This document shows positions 48,150-62,444 of a stretch of DNA of 64,000 bases, in pieces. The notes below the pieces were generated by a model. That model saw nothing but the letters and a program-made list of their open reading frames with translations, was not told the origin of the DNA and did no database searches. The stretch comes from the human T2T-CHM13v2.0 reference genome, Homo sapiens. The position numbers were made by a program, and so were the translations under genes. The number at the start of each line of letters is the position of its first letter. The first letter of the stretch is position 1. Location of the stretch: assembly GCF_009914755.1 (NCBI RefSeq), contig NC_060927.1, one strand, 5' to 3'.

Positions 48150-49422
48150 TTTTATTTTATTTTAAAAATTCAACTTCTATTTTAGATAGTAGGTACATGT
48201 GAAGGCTTGTTACATGGGTTATATCGTGCCCAGGTAGTGAGCATAGTACCCAATAGGTAGATTTTCAACACACATCCCCCTCCTACTTCTTCCCTCTAGT
48301 AGTCCACAGTGTCTATTCCCATGCTTATGTTTATGTATGCTCACTATTTAGCTCCCACTTACAAGTGAGAACATGTGGCATTTGGTTTTCTATTCCTGTG
48401 TTAATTTGCTTAGGATTGTGGCCTCCAAGTTCACCCATGTTGCTCCAAAGGACATGATTTTGTTCTTTTTTATGACTGTGTAGTATTCCATGGTATATAT
48501 GTAGAACATTTTCTTCTTTTTTTTTAATTTACAGAGTTTATTCAGATTTGTCCAGTTTTACATGTACTTGTATTTGTGTATGTCTGTCTTTGAATTTCTT
48601 TTTTTTTCTATTGACATCATTTATTATTGCCTGCTGACATTGTATCATTCTGCTCCCTTAATTTTCTTTCTTCATTTTTATTTTTATTATTATACCTTAA
48701 GTTCTAGGGTACATGTGCACAACGTGCAGGTTTGTTACATATGTATACATGTGCCTTGTTGGTGATTATCTAATCCATCACTGAAGGGACACCTAGGTTG
48801 ATTCCATATCTTTGCTATTGTGAATAGCATTGCAATGAACATATGAGTGCATGTCTTTTTGGTAGAATAATTTATTTTCTCTTGCACATATAACTAGTAA
48901 TGGGATTGTTAGGTCAAAATGTAGTTCTGTTTTAAGTTCTTTGAGAGATCTCCAAACTGCTTTCAGGAATGGTGGCTGAACTAGTTTTTATTCCCACCAA
49001 CGGTGTGTAAGTGTTCCCTTTTCACTATAGCCTCGCCAGCATATGTTGTTTTTTGATTTTTTAATAATAGCCTTTCTGACTGGTGTGAGATGGTGTCTCG
49101 TTGTAGTTTTGATTAGCATTTCTCTGATGATTAGTGATGTGGAGCATTTTTTCATTATGTTTGTTGGCTGCTTGTATGTCTTCTTTTGAGAATTGTCTGT
49201 TCATGTCTTTTACCCATTTTTTAATGGGGTTGTTTGTTTTTTTGCTTGTTGAATTGCTTAAGTTCCCTATAGATTCTGGCTATTAGGCCTTTGTCAGATG
49301 CATAGTTTGAAAATATCTTCTCCCATTCTGTGGGTTGTCTGCTCTGTCCGTGGTTTCTTTTGCTGTGCAGAAGCTCATTAGTTTAATTAGGTCCCACTCA
49401 ATTTTTGTTTTTGTTGCAATTG
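48150..49422 (-). mobile_element. L1PA8-15-like 3' fragment
   Basis: 3'UTR (ccaggtagtgagcatagtacccaatagg) and ORF2 C-terminal relic. Confidence 0.85.
48687..48764 (-). mobile_element. Young L1PA 3' stub (~78 bp) nested in the older L1
   Basis: tataccttaagttctagggtacatgtgcacaacgtgcaggtttg. Confidence 0.9.
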
Positions 49423-50578
49423 ACAGCACATATTTTGGAGAAGAAATAGCCCTTGATGAAAAAAGTCAAGACATGTAATCTTGATCCACAGATAATGATT
49501 TGAAATTGGAGGAAAGAAAATCGTTGAATGTAGTATATAGGGTAAAAAATAAAAATAAATGAAGCCAGAATACACCATCAAGTTTAAGAGTCTCATCCAT
49601 AGCTACTGTTGTAAACTGATGAGCCCCCTAGTTTAATAATACTATGGAGAAACAGAACATGAATCCTTGGGGATGGTAGAGTATTTGGAAATGGATTTTG
49701 GTAATGAGGAAGTCCACTAATAACATTTGGTAGCTTATGTCAGCCTATTTCATCCTAGGATCTCAACTTTCTTTATAAATATAGCTTTCAATAAAGTAAT
49801 CAGCCATAGTTTACAAGTGTATAACCCAAGTTGTAGCAGTGAAGTAATATATATAATTAGCTATTGAATGCAAGATTGAGAATGGCCACTTACTCATTGC
49901 CTAATTACTTACCTACAATGTTCCATTTTGTTTATGTCCAACTTTTTTTTTTTCTGTTTTGGGATACCTGAAGGGTTAAGCTTGCAGGGGTGAGAGTTTA
50001 AAGCTTTTTGTGTATATGTGTATCTGCATATGTCTGTGTGTATGTGGCTGTATATACACATGTATATCTTCACTCTGTTCTATTTACTATAATTATTATG
50101 TTTTCTGAAAAAAATATCGCTATTTACAAATGATTTCACAGAAAATGTCTAAGGCTGATATTTTAGAGTATTTTATTATAAAACAAACTTTAAAGTAGTA
50201 AAATTTGAGTTTGGGATGAAGTGGCTGATTACAGGTAGAATTCAGAAAGATTTCCAGATGGGAAGCTAAGATGAAGCCATGAGATTTGGTATACATTTAT
50301 TTCCATTTGTTTTCTTTGGTGGTGGAAGCAAATGTCTGGTGAAATGGTTCTGTAAAGACCAGGGACAAACCAGAACATTAAAAAAAAATCAAGTTCCTGG
50401 ATTGTTTTTTTTCCTTTGCCAAAGATGATCAGAATATTGTTAGACATATTTTTTTCTTAAAATTATGTATTTTCAAATACGAAGTCAGAAGGAGTATCCA
50501 TCCTTTAGATCTACTCTGTGTAACATTAAGTGGTGTACTAACAAAACTGACAAAATGTGTTTTTTTGAAGCACACTGA

Positions 50579-50887
<309 letters not shown>

Positions 50888-52234
50888 TAATAATATTGGA
50901 AGCTAGAAACAACAACAACAAAAACCAGTTGAGCTCTCAGTATAAAGCTGCTTGTCAGACTTACAATCAAAATGTAAATGTCAATACATTAAATACTTTT
51001 GCTGCAGCACAGCAAAAGAGAGAGAAACAGCTCAATGAGGTACACTGCCGGAAACTGGGGTGAAAAATGCTGTTTCAATTTTCTGAAAGTTGCATAAGAC
51101 TAAAACATACTCCAGTAAATTAGGCTTTTACTTTAACAGGTTTGGTGTTTCATTTAGGGAGGAAAAAAGGAGATTAAACTCCAAAATCTCTTCCCATTCC
51201 ATCCATTTTGACAGCTTTAAATGAAGAAAAGTAGTTTTTTGGTTATTACCTTCCATGATAATAATATTTTTTCTCATACTTCTCTGGCACATAAGACATA
51301 TCCTTTGCTGTTGTCAATGTGTCGTAGCATTTTCCCTTCATATTGAACTTGCTTTCTAAACCAACTGTATCAAGTAGATATAATTTTTTGTGTAACTTTT
51401 CTAGCACCACAACCTGCCATTTGAGTGGAAATGCCTAGTAAACAGAATTTAATTTTCCAAAGTGTTTGTTCTTAGACTTTGTGGAAATTCAAGCTTTGCA
51501 CTTTTTTCATTTTCTACCGAGTTCTGTGCTCACAAGATAAGTGATTTTTTCTGGGAACTTCATTTATCTAGACTATAGGAGCACCCTAGTCTATAAAAAA
51601 AAATAAAAATTTATATGCAAAAAGAAGTTGGGGGAGTTTTTCATGAGTGATCTTTAGCTTACTGAAAAGATCTGTCAAAGGGTTACTTCCAGAAGCCAGC
51701 TGTAAAAGTACATCTGCTTATTTTACACATAATTAACTACTTTATAAAGAAACCAAGGCAGAGAAAATTAAAGAATTAGGAATTCACTGCCAATTATAGA
51801 GCAATTAAAAATTAAGACATATTTATCTAAATCATCGTGGAAACCAACATGAAAACATAGTCTCTATGCCTAACAGGAGCACATGTACACAGTAGTCTGC
51901 TTGAGAAGCTGACATTCTTGATATTCATTGAATCATCTATCCTGGACTGTGCTTCGTTTGAAGGCCGCGAAAGTTGTTTTAGTTTAAATATATATCAGCT
52001 TTCTTCTCAAGGGACTTACAGTCTAATGAGAAGGATCAAATTATCAAATTGATGAATGTTTGACTCTTGCACTTAGGGAGGAGTGACTTGCTCTGGAATT
52101 GAGATTAAATGCTGTAGTTAGTGGTTCTCAGTTAATCAGAAAAATCTTCCAGAAAACAGGTTTAAACTTATGACCTAACTATCAAAGGGAAATATTCCCA
52201 ATCCTATGGAGCAAGCTAACAATTTAGTGAGGTA

Positions 52235-52425
52235 GGAAGAAGGTATAGTTTAGATCTGGAAATCTGATTTATCTCTTAACTATGTGAGTTGGGGGAAGTT
52301 ACTTTCTCTAAGCTTCAGTTTTCTTCATCTTAAGACTAATGGTCTTTATCTACTTCATAGCATTGTTGTGGAAACTAAATGAAATATAGTTGGAATGTGA
52401 TTTGCACAGTCCTTGGCATGATTTC
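52235..52425 (+). mobile_element. MIR
   Basis: aagttactttctctaagcttcagttttcttcatct core. Confidence 0.65.
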
Positions 52426-52763
52426 TCTAATTGACTTTCTATATATTCTCAATCTGCACCCATCAAGGTGTCATGCATTCTAGATTCACATCTGCCTCTG
52501 AGTTACAACACCTCATCCAGGTTAGTGGACAATCTGCCCGAAGTGCAAAAGTGGGTGCTGAAGAGCGGTTGGAAAGAGAGTCTCTGAGGACATGGTTGAC
52601 ACTAATAAAGAGTAGCCTGTTGGCTGGACTGCTCAGCTTAGAGGCACTAAGTCTGTAAGATTGGAAATTTGAAACACTTCAGCAACAAATGGAGAAAAAC
52701 CAAAAACAAAAGTCAAAGTGAAAGAGGATTTAAACAGGAAGAATTAGAGAACTCCTTTGATGA

Positions 52764-53114
<351 letters not shown>

Positions 53115-54921
53115 TATAATTGTTTAATGAATGTATAAATAGGAAATCCCTGTTTACTGGGCACTAGCAGGGTTTTCTGCACACATGTGCCTCGACACTG
53201 ACACACTGACAAGATAGGTTAGGAATGGTGAGTGCCTGTGACTTTCCCTATCAGTCCCTGATACAAATTCAAAGAAGAGATGATAGCCCTTATGAAAGCT
53301 AGGTTGCTGGTATCTGGAACTCAATTTCCTCTTTGGTTCAAGCAGAAAAGACTAGAAAGCCAGAGAGTCAGTGGTTAATGCAGTGTTAGAGTGGAGCAAG
53401 AGAAACAATTCTAGACAATGATTCTTCTACCTATGGCTAACAGGTGTCCATGGGACAGCATCGGGATGGGAAAGCTCAGCAGCTTAGGGAAGTACTCATA
53501 CCCTGTCACTGGTAATAACAAGATCCAAAAGTAAGATGATATATAAAATAATTTTTACTTTCTGGACCACTATTTTTTTAAAAAATGATTATATCAGGAG
53601 GTTTTCTGCTTCAAAAGTTCCCCATTCTGTCTGGTTAGGTACAAGAAATTGGCTAAAATATCCAACGAATACAGGTAGATCAGAGACACCCAGCTGTTCT
53701 CCTCTTGGCATGAAAAAGACTTTTTTTCTTGCTAGTTATTTATTATTTTACTAAATGCCCAAAGGCTGTCAGATGGTGACATTTTTTTTCATCCACAGAT
53801 AATCTAATAGTCTATTAGAAGTAGCCACTTACATAACAGTGGACACCTGAGCCTCTCCTGTATTAACTTTTCTTCAGTATTACCTTTGGACATGGGCCTG
53901 ACACCAGAGAGATTGATGTTAGCTAGAGGTCAAATTTTAATGCATCAAGTCAGGTTTGTTTCTGAGAAGCCACCTGTTCCACAGAAACAGAAATGGTAGG
54001 GCGGAAGGGTAGAGTGAAAGGTCTCCCAATTTATCCCCCTATCTCTATGCAGTACATGGAGTGACCCAAATATTACATTAATTTTAATTGTACTTCTTGT
54101 TGTGCTGAGCTTGGTGATGTATCATTTCCTGCCTCTGTTCCTCAGAGTGTAGAATTTGTTTCACTGATAACACTGATAACTGCTGCCATAATGTCATCAA
54201 ATCAAACATGAATTGATTTTGTGATTGAAACTGCAGATGCTACTATTATCTGATTACTTTAAATGCCTTTCTAAAGATACATTTGGCCTCTGTCTAATTC
54301 TCTCTGCTTTGATTTTCCTAGTATCCTCAGGGTTGACTTGTTACTCAAGGGTGAGTGCATCCTGTCAATATATAAATGATTCCCAGGGACTGGGGAAGAA
54401 ACAGGAACCCTAGACTTCTGGACTACAGAGCCTCATTTTTGGTTCCTTTTAACTACATGTCCTTTAGATAATACTATTTTCATAGGAGAAAAATAAAATG
54501 AAGCTGAGAGTTCAGTTTTTTTTTCTAAGAAGAAGTTCACCCAAGCTTAAGTGTCCTGGGTTATATTGAAAGTGAGCGGACAACCCAGGCCCCTCCAGTA
54601 TATCTGCAGCCTCCACCAAGATCCCAAAAAATCCAGCAGAACACTCTCTTGTCTCTGACCTTACACAACTCACCCAGTTTTCAACATGGTACAGTCTAGC
54701 TGCAAATAGATGACAGATGGCATTTTTTTTTGTTGATTAAGTATGCGACTCTCCTATAGAGGCAGGAGATCCTAAAACGTTTTATTTTGGTCAGTGGACT
54801 AATGACAAATAGCATAACACAAAAGCATTCAAAAATTAGTCAGACTTTTTATTGAGATTCTCCTGTCATCTAACCTTCCCAGAATTTAAAATTAGCTTGT
54901 CTGTACCTGTATTTTTGCCTC

Positions 54922-54996
54922 TGTGTTTGTGTGTCTGTGTATGTGTGTGTGAGAGAGAGAGAGAGAGAAAGAGAGAAACAGAAAGAGAGAGAGAGA
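54922..54996. repeat. (GT)n(GA)n compound microsatellite
   Basis: Direct reading. Confidence 0.92.
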
Positions 54997-55619
54997 AATT
55001 GATTTTTCATACCCTACCTTATAATTTAATAATTAATTAGCATCTTCTCCAGTGATGGAATGGAGAGATTGTTCATTAAGTCTGCAGATGGTTCTATGCT
55101 GGGCAAGCTAACAACATATAAAGTTAGTTAATTTCAGAGTTGCACAAAGCAGTGGAGAAGTAGATGAGATGGTCACGAAGTGTGGAAATTGGGTTGGGTC
55201 ATGAATGAGAAATAAAAGAACCATAGCTTTATAGAGAGAAGACCAAGAAAATTAAAATAGCACAGTGGAAAAAATTTTCAGAAATATAAAATTTAGGACA
55301 ATACTCTTCAGTGAAAATTGATAAGTGCAAGAAAAACCTTTACAACTTTTAGATATAAGGCTGGAAAATTGCTAAAAATTATTATAGAATAATATAATAA
55401 TATAAATTTATATTATTATAGAATGAATAATAAAAGACTAATTAAAATTAGATAACTGCATTGCATTTTATAGTGGTAAGGTAGAAGTCAACTAGATCAA
55501 GTGATAATGTGCTTTGTTATATAAAAATTAGATAAATTTATTAATTAAAAATATGTTTTGCTCACTTTATATGTGACCTCCTTTAAACCATTTTCCATAT
55601 TGCCAACATAGTACTTTTT

Positions 55620-56068
55620 AAGTTTTTTTGAAATAATTTTAGATTTACATAAGTTTCAAAAATAAATCCATATACTCTTTATATAGATTTCCCAAATGTT
55701 AACATTTTACCACATTTATCACTCTCTCTTGTTTCCTTTCTCTCTTTCTTCCTTCCCCTTTCCCTTCCTTCCATCTTTCCTTTTTTCTCTCTTTATAGTT
55801 ATATATTTTGAACTGTTTGAGAGTAAACTGGAAACATGATATTTCTTTATATTGAAATACTTCAGTGTGTATTTATTTAAAATAAGTAATTTTTTTACAT
55901 GGCTAAAGTACAGTGGTCAGCATCAAAAAATTACCAGTATAAAACTATTATATAATCTATAAATTTTGATCACATTTTCAGATTTCCCCACTAATATCAT
56001 AATCGTACAATAATTTTTTTCTCTGGTTCAGACATGTATCCATGTTCACAAGTTACATTTAGTTATCC
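55620..56068 (-). mobile_element. Old L1MC/ME 3' relic
   Basis: gaaataattttagatttaca...gttaacattttaccacattt...ttacatttagtt. Confidence 0.6.
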
Positions 56069-56462
56069 TCAGAATAATCATCTAAAAAAACCCAGATCTG
56101 CTAGTACCACTCCCTGGCTAAACGTTTTATGATGATTTTGTAGTTTTCTTAAGATAAAATATCCCAGGCTATGTGTGATATTCAGCTGGTATGAAGCTCT
56201 GAAACCATATTGGCTTGTTAATGGCTCATCCAATTGTCTTGAGTTCATTCACATTGGTTAGTGCCTGTGTTAGAATGGTTGTTCAATATTTGCAATATTA
56301 CTTCTGACCATGTCTCATAAAATCCTGCTTTCTTTTCCAGATTCATATTTTGAATTCTCTCCCAAGCTGTCTTTGCTGTGTTCCTACTTGTCACAAACTC
56401 CAGAGGGGAAAAGGTTTTATGCTACTTGAAATCTAACAATGTAGCTGCCACAGTTTCAAAGA

Positions 56463-56863
56463 TGTTGCCAGAAGACACAAAACCCCTGGGTCAGAGACAA
56501 AGAATATTACTATGCATGGTACAAGAGGGAGATTAATGTTCACATGGTTCTCTTGACCCTCAAGTGCCATGAGGATGATGCGGAGGAAGACTCAGGTGGA
56601 TGCTGTGCACACAGTGAATCTGTGTTTCAGCTTAGGAGCTGTTCTAAAAAGTAGGCTGCTAGCAAACTTGTCCAAACTTTGCCCTGGAGAAGATGTTATC
56701 TTTATTGTTCTGCGCAGGGAAACAGATCTGCACTTTGCCCCACAGAGAGAAACTATGTATCTTCTAAGGTTGTTTGCTATATAAATATTTTGGAAAGATA
56801 GTCCAGTAAAAGAGTTGATTCAAGTCATCCATAATACCTCTTATGGAGAAATGTCTCTCAACA
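56463..56863 (-). mobile_element. ERVL solo LTR (LTR40-like)
   Basis: TG...CA ends; reverse complement begins tgttgagagacatttctccat. Confidence 0.65.
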
Positions 56864-57075
56864 ACACTAACCATCTTTCAGTTTCTGTAATGGCCTATGC
56901 CCACTCTGAGTGCTGCTGTATTTGCTATTTTTCTTTTGGAAACATTTTCCCCGGCTTTCTCTGTCTCATCTAATTAACTTCTCATCATTCTTTAAATGTA
57001 TTTTTTTTTTCAGTTCCTCAGATTAAGTTGGATTCCCCCATAGGTTGCTATTTATTCCATTAAGAGGATTTATTG

Positions 57076-57390
57076 GCTTGATGTGGTGGCTCATGGCTGT
57101 AATCCCAGCACTTTGGGAGGCCGAGGCAGGTGAAGCACAAGGTCAGGAGTTCAAGACCAGCCTGGCCAAGATGTTGAAACCCTGTCTCTACTAAAACTAC
57201 AAAAACTAGCCAGGGGCAGTGGCAGGTGCCTGTAATCCCACCTACTCGGGAGGCTGAAGCAGGAGAATTGCTTGAACCCTGGGCGGCAGAGGTTGCAGTG
57301 AGCTGAGATCACGCCACCACACTCCAGCCTGGGCGACAGACTGAGATTCTCATCCAGAGTCAAATTTTCAAAAAAAAAAAAAAAAAAAAA
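57076..57390 (+). mobile_element. AluS
   Basis: Dimer, A tail, TSD gatttat. Confidence 0.94.
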
Positions 57391-59111
57391 GATTTATCAC
57401 ACTGTGATTTATGTCAGCGTAAACATTCGATTAATGTTTGTCTCTCACAGTAGACACAATTTCATAAATGTCAAAGACTGTGCTATGTTGCTTAACTTGA
57501 ATCTCCAAAATTTAGCATAATAACTAACACATGGTACACAATATATGTTTTGGAGTGAAAAAGAAAATATGTGTCAAACATGTAGTATTTAAGTTAGCAG
57601 GACCTGTGCTTGTGCAATCTCATAGCAGTTATTCCAGATTTTTTGAGTATTTGATTTTGTCAAATCATCTGAAAATAATTAGAATCTGGTCTATTTATTT
57701 CTAGTATTTATACCTCAATTATTGTATATGAGTGGGTGCACATGTGTGTGTAACTGTAGTGGCTAGAATCTGTAATATAATGATGTGAGTACCAGTGACA
57801 GTGGGCATTTCTATGTTGTTCAACTCAAACAAGAATAGTTCTAATCTTTCATTAAATATAATTCTTCTAGAAGATACCTTTAAAGAAGTTTCTTTTTATT
57901 CATACAAGCATATTTTGAAGATATTGCAGGCTCAGTTCATCACCACCAAATAAAGATAAATTTCAATAAAGCAAGTCACACTATTTTTTTGGTTTCCCAG
58001 TACATATAAAAGTTAAGTTTACACTATACTGTAGTCTATTAAGTGTGCAATATACATATGTTTAAAAATATATACATACCATATAAAAAACTTTATTGCT
58101 AAAAAATGCTACTGATCACCTGAGCCTTCAGCAGGTTGTAATCTTTTTCCTAGTGGAGGCTCTTACCTTGATGTTGATGGCTGTTGACTGATCAGGATGG
58201 TGATTGCCAAAGGTTGTGGTGGCTGTGGTAGTGTCTTAAAATAGAAAATAAAGTTTTCTCCATCTATTTATTCTTCCTTTCATGAAAGATTTGAGATGCT
58301 GTTGAATACTATTTTACATGCAGTTGAACCTTTTTCAAAATTAGTGTCAATCCTCTCAAACCCTGCCATTACTTTATCAACTAAGTTTATGTAATATTCT
58401 AAATATTTTGTTGTCATTTTAACAATGTTCACTGAATTTTCGCCAGGAATTGATTCTGTCTCAAGAAGCCACTTTCTTAGAAGCAAGTCTTCATCTGTTC
58501 AGGCTTTATCATGATATTGCAGCAATTCAGTTACATCTTTAGGGTCCACTTCCAATTCTATTTCTCTTGCTATCGCTACCCAATGTGTAGTTATTTCCTC
58601 TATTGAAGTCTTAAACCTCACAAAGTCATTCATGAGGGTTGGAATCAACTTCCAAACTCCTGTTAATGTTGACATTTTGACCTCTTCCATGAATCATGAA
58701 TGTTTTTAATGGCATCTAGAATTATGAATCCTTTCTAAAAAATTCTCAACTTATTTTGCACAGGTCCATTGGAGGAATCACTATTTATGGCAGCTATAGC
58801 CTTAAGAAATATATTTCTTAAATAATAAAACTGGAAAGCAAAAATTACCCCTTGATCCATGGGCTGAAGAATAGATGTGGTGTGAGCAAGCATAAAAACA
58901 TTAATCTTCTTGTACATCACTATCAGAGCTCTTTAGTGGCTAGGTGCATTGTCAATTAACCTTAATATTTTAAAAGTAATCTTTTTTTAATGAGCAGTAG
59001 GTCTCAACAATGGGCTTAAAATATTCAGTAAACCATGATGTAAACAGATATGGTGTCATCTAGGTTTTGTTATTCCATTCATAGAACACAGGTAGAGTAC
59101 ATTTAGCATAA

Positions 59112-59424
<313 letters not shown>

Positions 59425-60522
59425 AATGGCTTTAGGATTTTTAGAATGGTAAATGAACATTGGTTTCAACTTGAAGTCACCAGCTTCATTAACCTCTAAC
59501 AAGAGAATCAGCCTGTCCTTTAAAGTTTTGAAAGTGGGCATTGACTGCTTCATTCTAACCATGAAAGTCCTAAATGGTGTTTTCTTCCAATAGAAGGCTG
59601 TTTTATCTACATAGAAAATCTGTTGTTTAGTGTAGCCAGTTTCAGCAATTATTTTAGCAAGATTTTCTAGATAACTTGCTGTAGATTCTACATCAGCATT
59701 TGCTACTTCACCTTGCACTTTTGTGGTATACATAGATGGCTTCTTTTCTTAAACTTCATGAACTAACTTCTGCTAGCTTCAAACTTTTCTCTGGCAGCTT
59801 CCTCACTTCTCTCAGCTTTCATAGAATTGAAGAAATTTAGAGCCCTGCTCTGGATTAGGCTTTGGCTTAAGGGAATGTTGTGGTTGGTTTGATCTTCTAT
59901 CTAGACCACTAAAACTTTCTCCATATCAGCAATAAGGCTGTTTCACTTTCTTATCATTTGTGTGTTCACTGGAGAAGCACTTTTAATTTTCTTTAAGTTT
60001 TCCTTTGCATTTATTACTTGGATCACTGTTTGACACAAGGGGCCTAGCTTGTAGCATATCTCAGCTTTCAACATGCCTTCCTCAGTAAGCTTAATCATTT
60101 CTCTTTTGACTTAAAGAGAGACATATACAACTTTTCCTTTCATTTTGACACTCAGAAACGATTGTAGGATTATTAATTAGCCTAATTATAATGTTATTGT
60201 CTCTCAGGGAATACAGAAGCCTGAGGAAAGGGAGAGAGACGGGGGAATGGTTGGTCGGTGGAGCAGTCAGAACATAATCAACGCTTATCAATTAAGTTCA
60301 CCATCTCATATGGGCCTGGTTCATGGCACCCCAAAACAATTACAATAGTAACATCAAAGATTACTGATTACAGTTAATCAGAATGAATATAATAATGAAA
60401 CAGTTTAAAATATTGTAGGAATTACCAAAATGTGACAGTTACAAAATGAGCACATGCTGTTAAAAAACATGGTGCTGTTAGACTTGTTGGACATGGGGTT
60501 ACCAGAAACCTTCAATTGGTAA

Positions 60523-60879
<357 letters not shown>

Positions 60880-61119
60880 TATGCCTGTATTTGCTAAGAA
60901 TTTTTTTTGAAAGAATATATATTGAGTTTTATTAACCACTTCCTCCTCAATATTTTTTGAGTTTTATTAACCACTGCCTCCCCAATATTTTTTTCTTTTA
61001 ACCAATTTTTGAATCAGTAGAGCAAGTATTGCATTCCAAGAAAACATTACAAGGTTATTATATCATTTAAGAATGATATTCGTTGCAAGTGACAAAATAC
61101 CAAAATTAACAGTGAAGTA

Positions 61120-61691
61120 TCCCAACACAAAGTAATGTTAAATATTTGAGATAATGAATGTTAATTACATTGATCTGATCACTACACACTATATGTATCA
61201 AAACAACATTGTGTATCCTGTGAATACATACAAATACCTGTCAATTAAAAAATAAATTAATAACATCAGTAGGGTTTCTATGCATGAACAATGAACTAGT
61301 TGAAAATCAAGACAGCAATCCCACATACAACAGCTACAAAAAATAAAACCACCTAAGAATAAATTTAACCAAGGTGGTGAAAAACCTCTACAAGGAAAAC
61401 TATAAAACACTGATGAAAGAAATTAAAGAGGATACAAACAAATGCAAAGACATTCCATGCTCATGAATTGAAGAATTAGTATTATTAAAATGACAATGCC
61501 ACCCAAAAGAATCTACAGACTCAATGAAACCCCTATCAAAATACCAGTGACATTCTTCACAAAAATAGAAAAAACATTCTAACATTTCTATGGAAACACA
61601 AAAGACCTCAAATAGCAAAGCAATCCTGAGCAAAAAGAACAAAACTGGAGGTATTGCACTGCCAGACCTCAAAATATCCTAAAAAAAAAAA
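61120..61691 (+). mobile_element. L1MA 3' stub (61120-61260) followed by an L1 ORF2 fragment (61262-61680) and A11
   Basis: gtatcaaaacaacattgtgtatcc...aattaaaaaataaa, then ORF2-like aaggaaaactataaaacactgatgaaagaaatt. Confidence 0.75.
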
Positions 61692-62444
61692 CGCAAAGTA
61701 AATACAAAAGATAGGCATTACATCACATTACAAGAAATCTGGAATTAAGTTGTTCCAAAATAGGTCTGACTTAACAGCATTAGGACTCAGACATAGTTCT
61801 CTGAGATTCTTCTGGCCGACCCTTCATGATTCTTAGATGACTCTAGCAACTTTTCGTACCATGTTCTCATACAGAAGCCAAAGCCTTTATGTATGTCACT
61901 TTTAAATGGAAGTAGATATTTAAAAACATCAAACTTTAAACATGTATTGATATGTAGCTTAGTATTTATAGATTGAAGCAAAATCCATTAAAATTTGATA
62001 TGTTTGAATTTATAAAAAATTTAAAAAGCAGTTTTCATGATGAGTTTGGATATGTACATTATAACTCTAATGCCACTTTTAATCGATAACTTATAAACAT
62101 TTAAAGTATTATATTTGAAAGAAAATTATTATTTTTTTATACATTGAATAGAGGTTATTTTGAAGTGCACATTTCAACATTTTTCTAAAAATACTACACC
62201 AAAACTTTGTTGAAAATACTTGCCTTTTTCAGAAATATATGTGACTCAATTCTAGGCAAATATTTAAAAAATAAAAACACATTTGGATAATATAGGCAGC
62301 ATTTTATTATAAATTTATTTCAAAAACCTCACATTTTCTGCAAATAAAATCAAGAAGTAAAGAATTAAGGGACAATTAATTAATGAGGATAATAGGAATT
62401 CCAGGTGTAAATCATAAAATCATTATTTAATCAAGGACTTAATT

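Noticed and set aside
61787-61981. 64-aa ORF in unique sequence with a few CpGs
   Set aside because: No recognisable homology and no convincing splice sites
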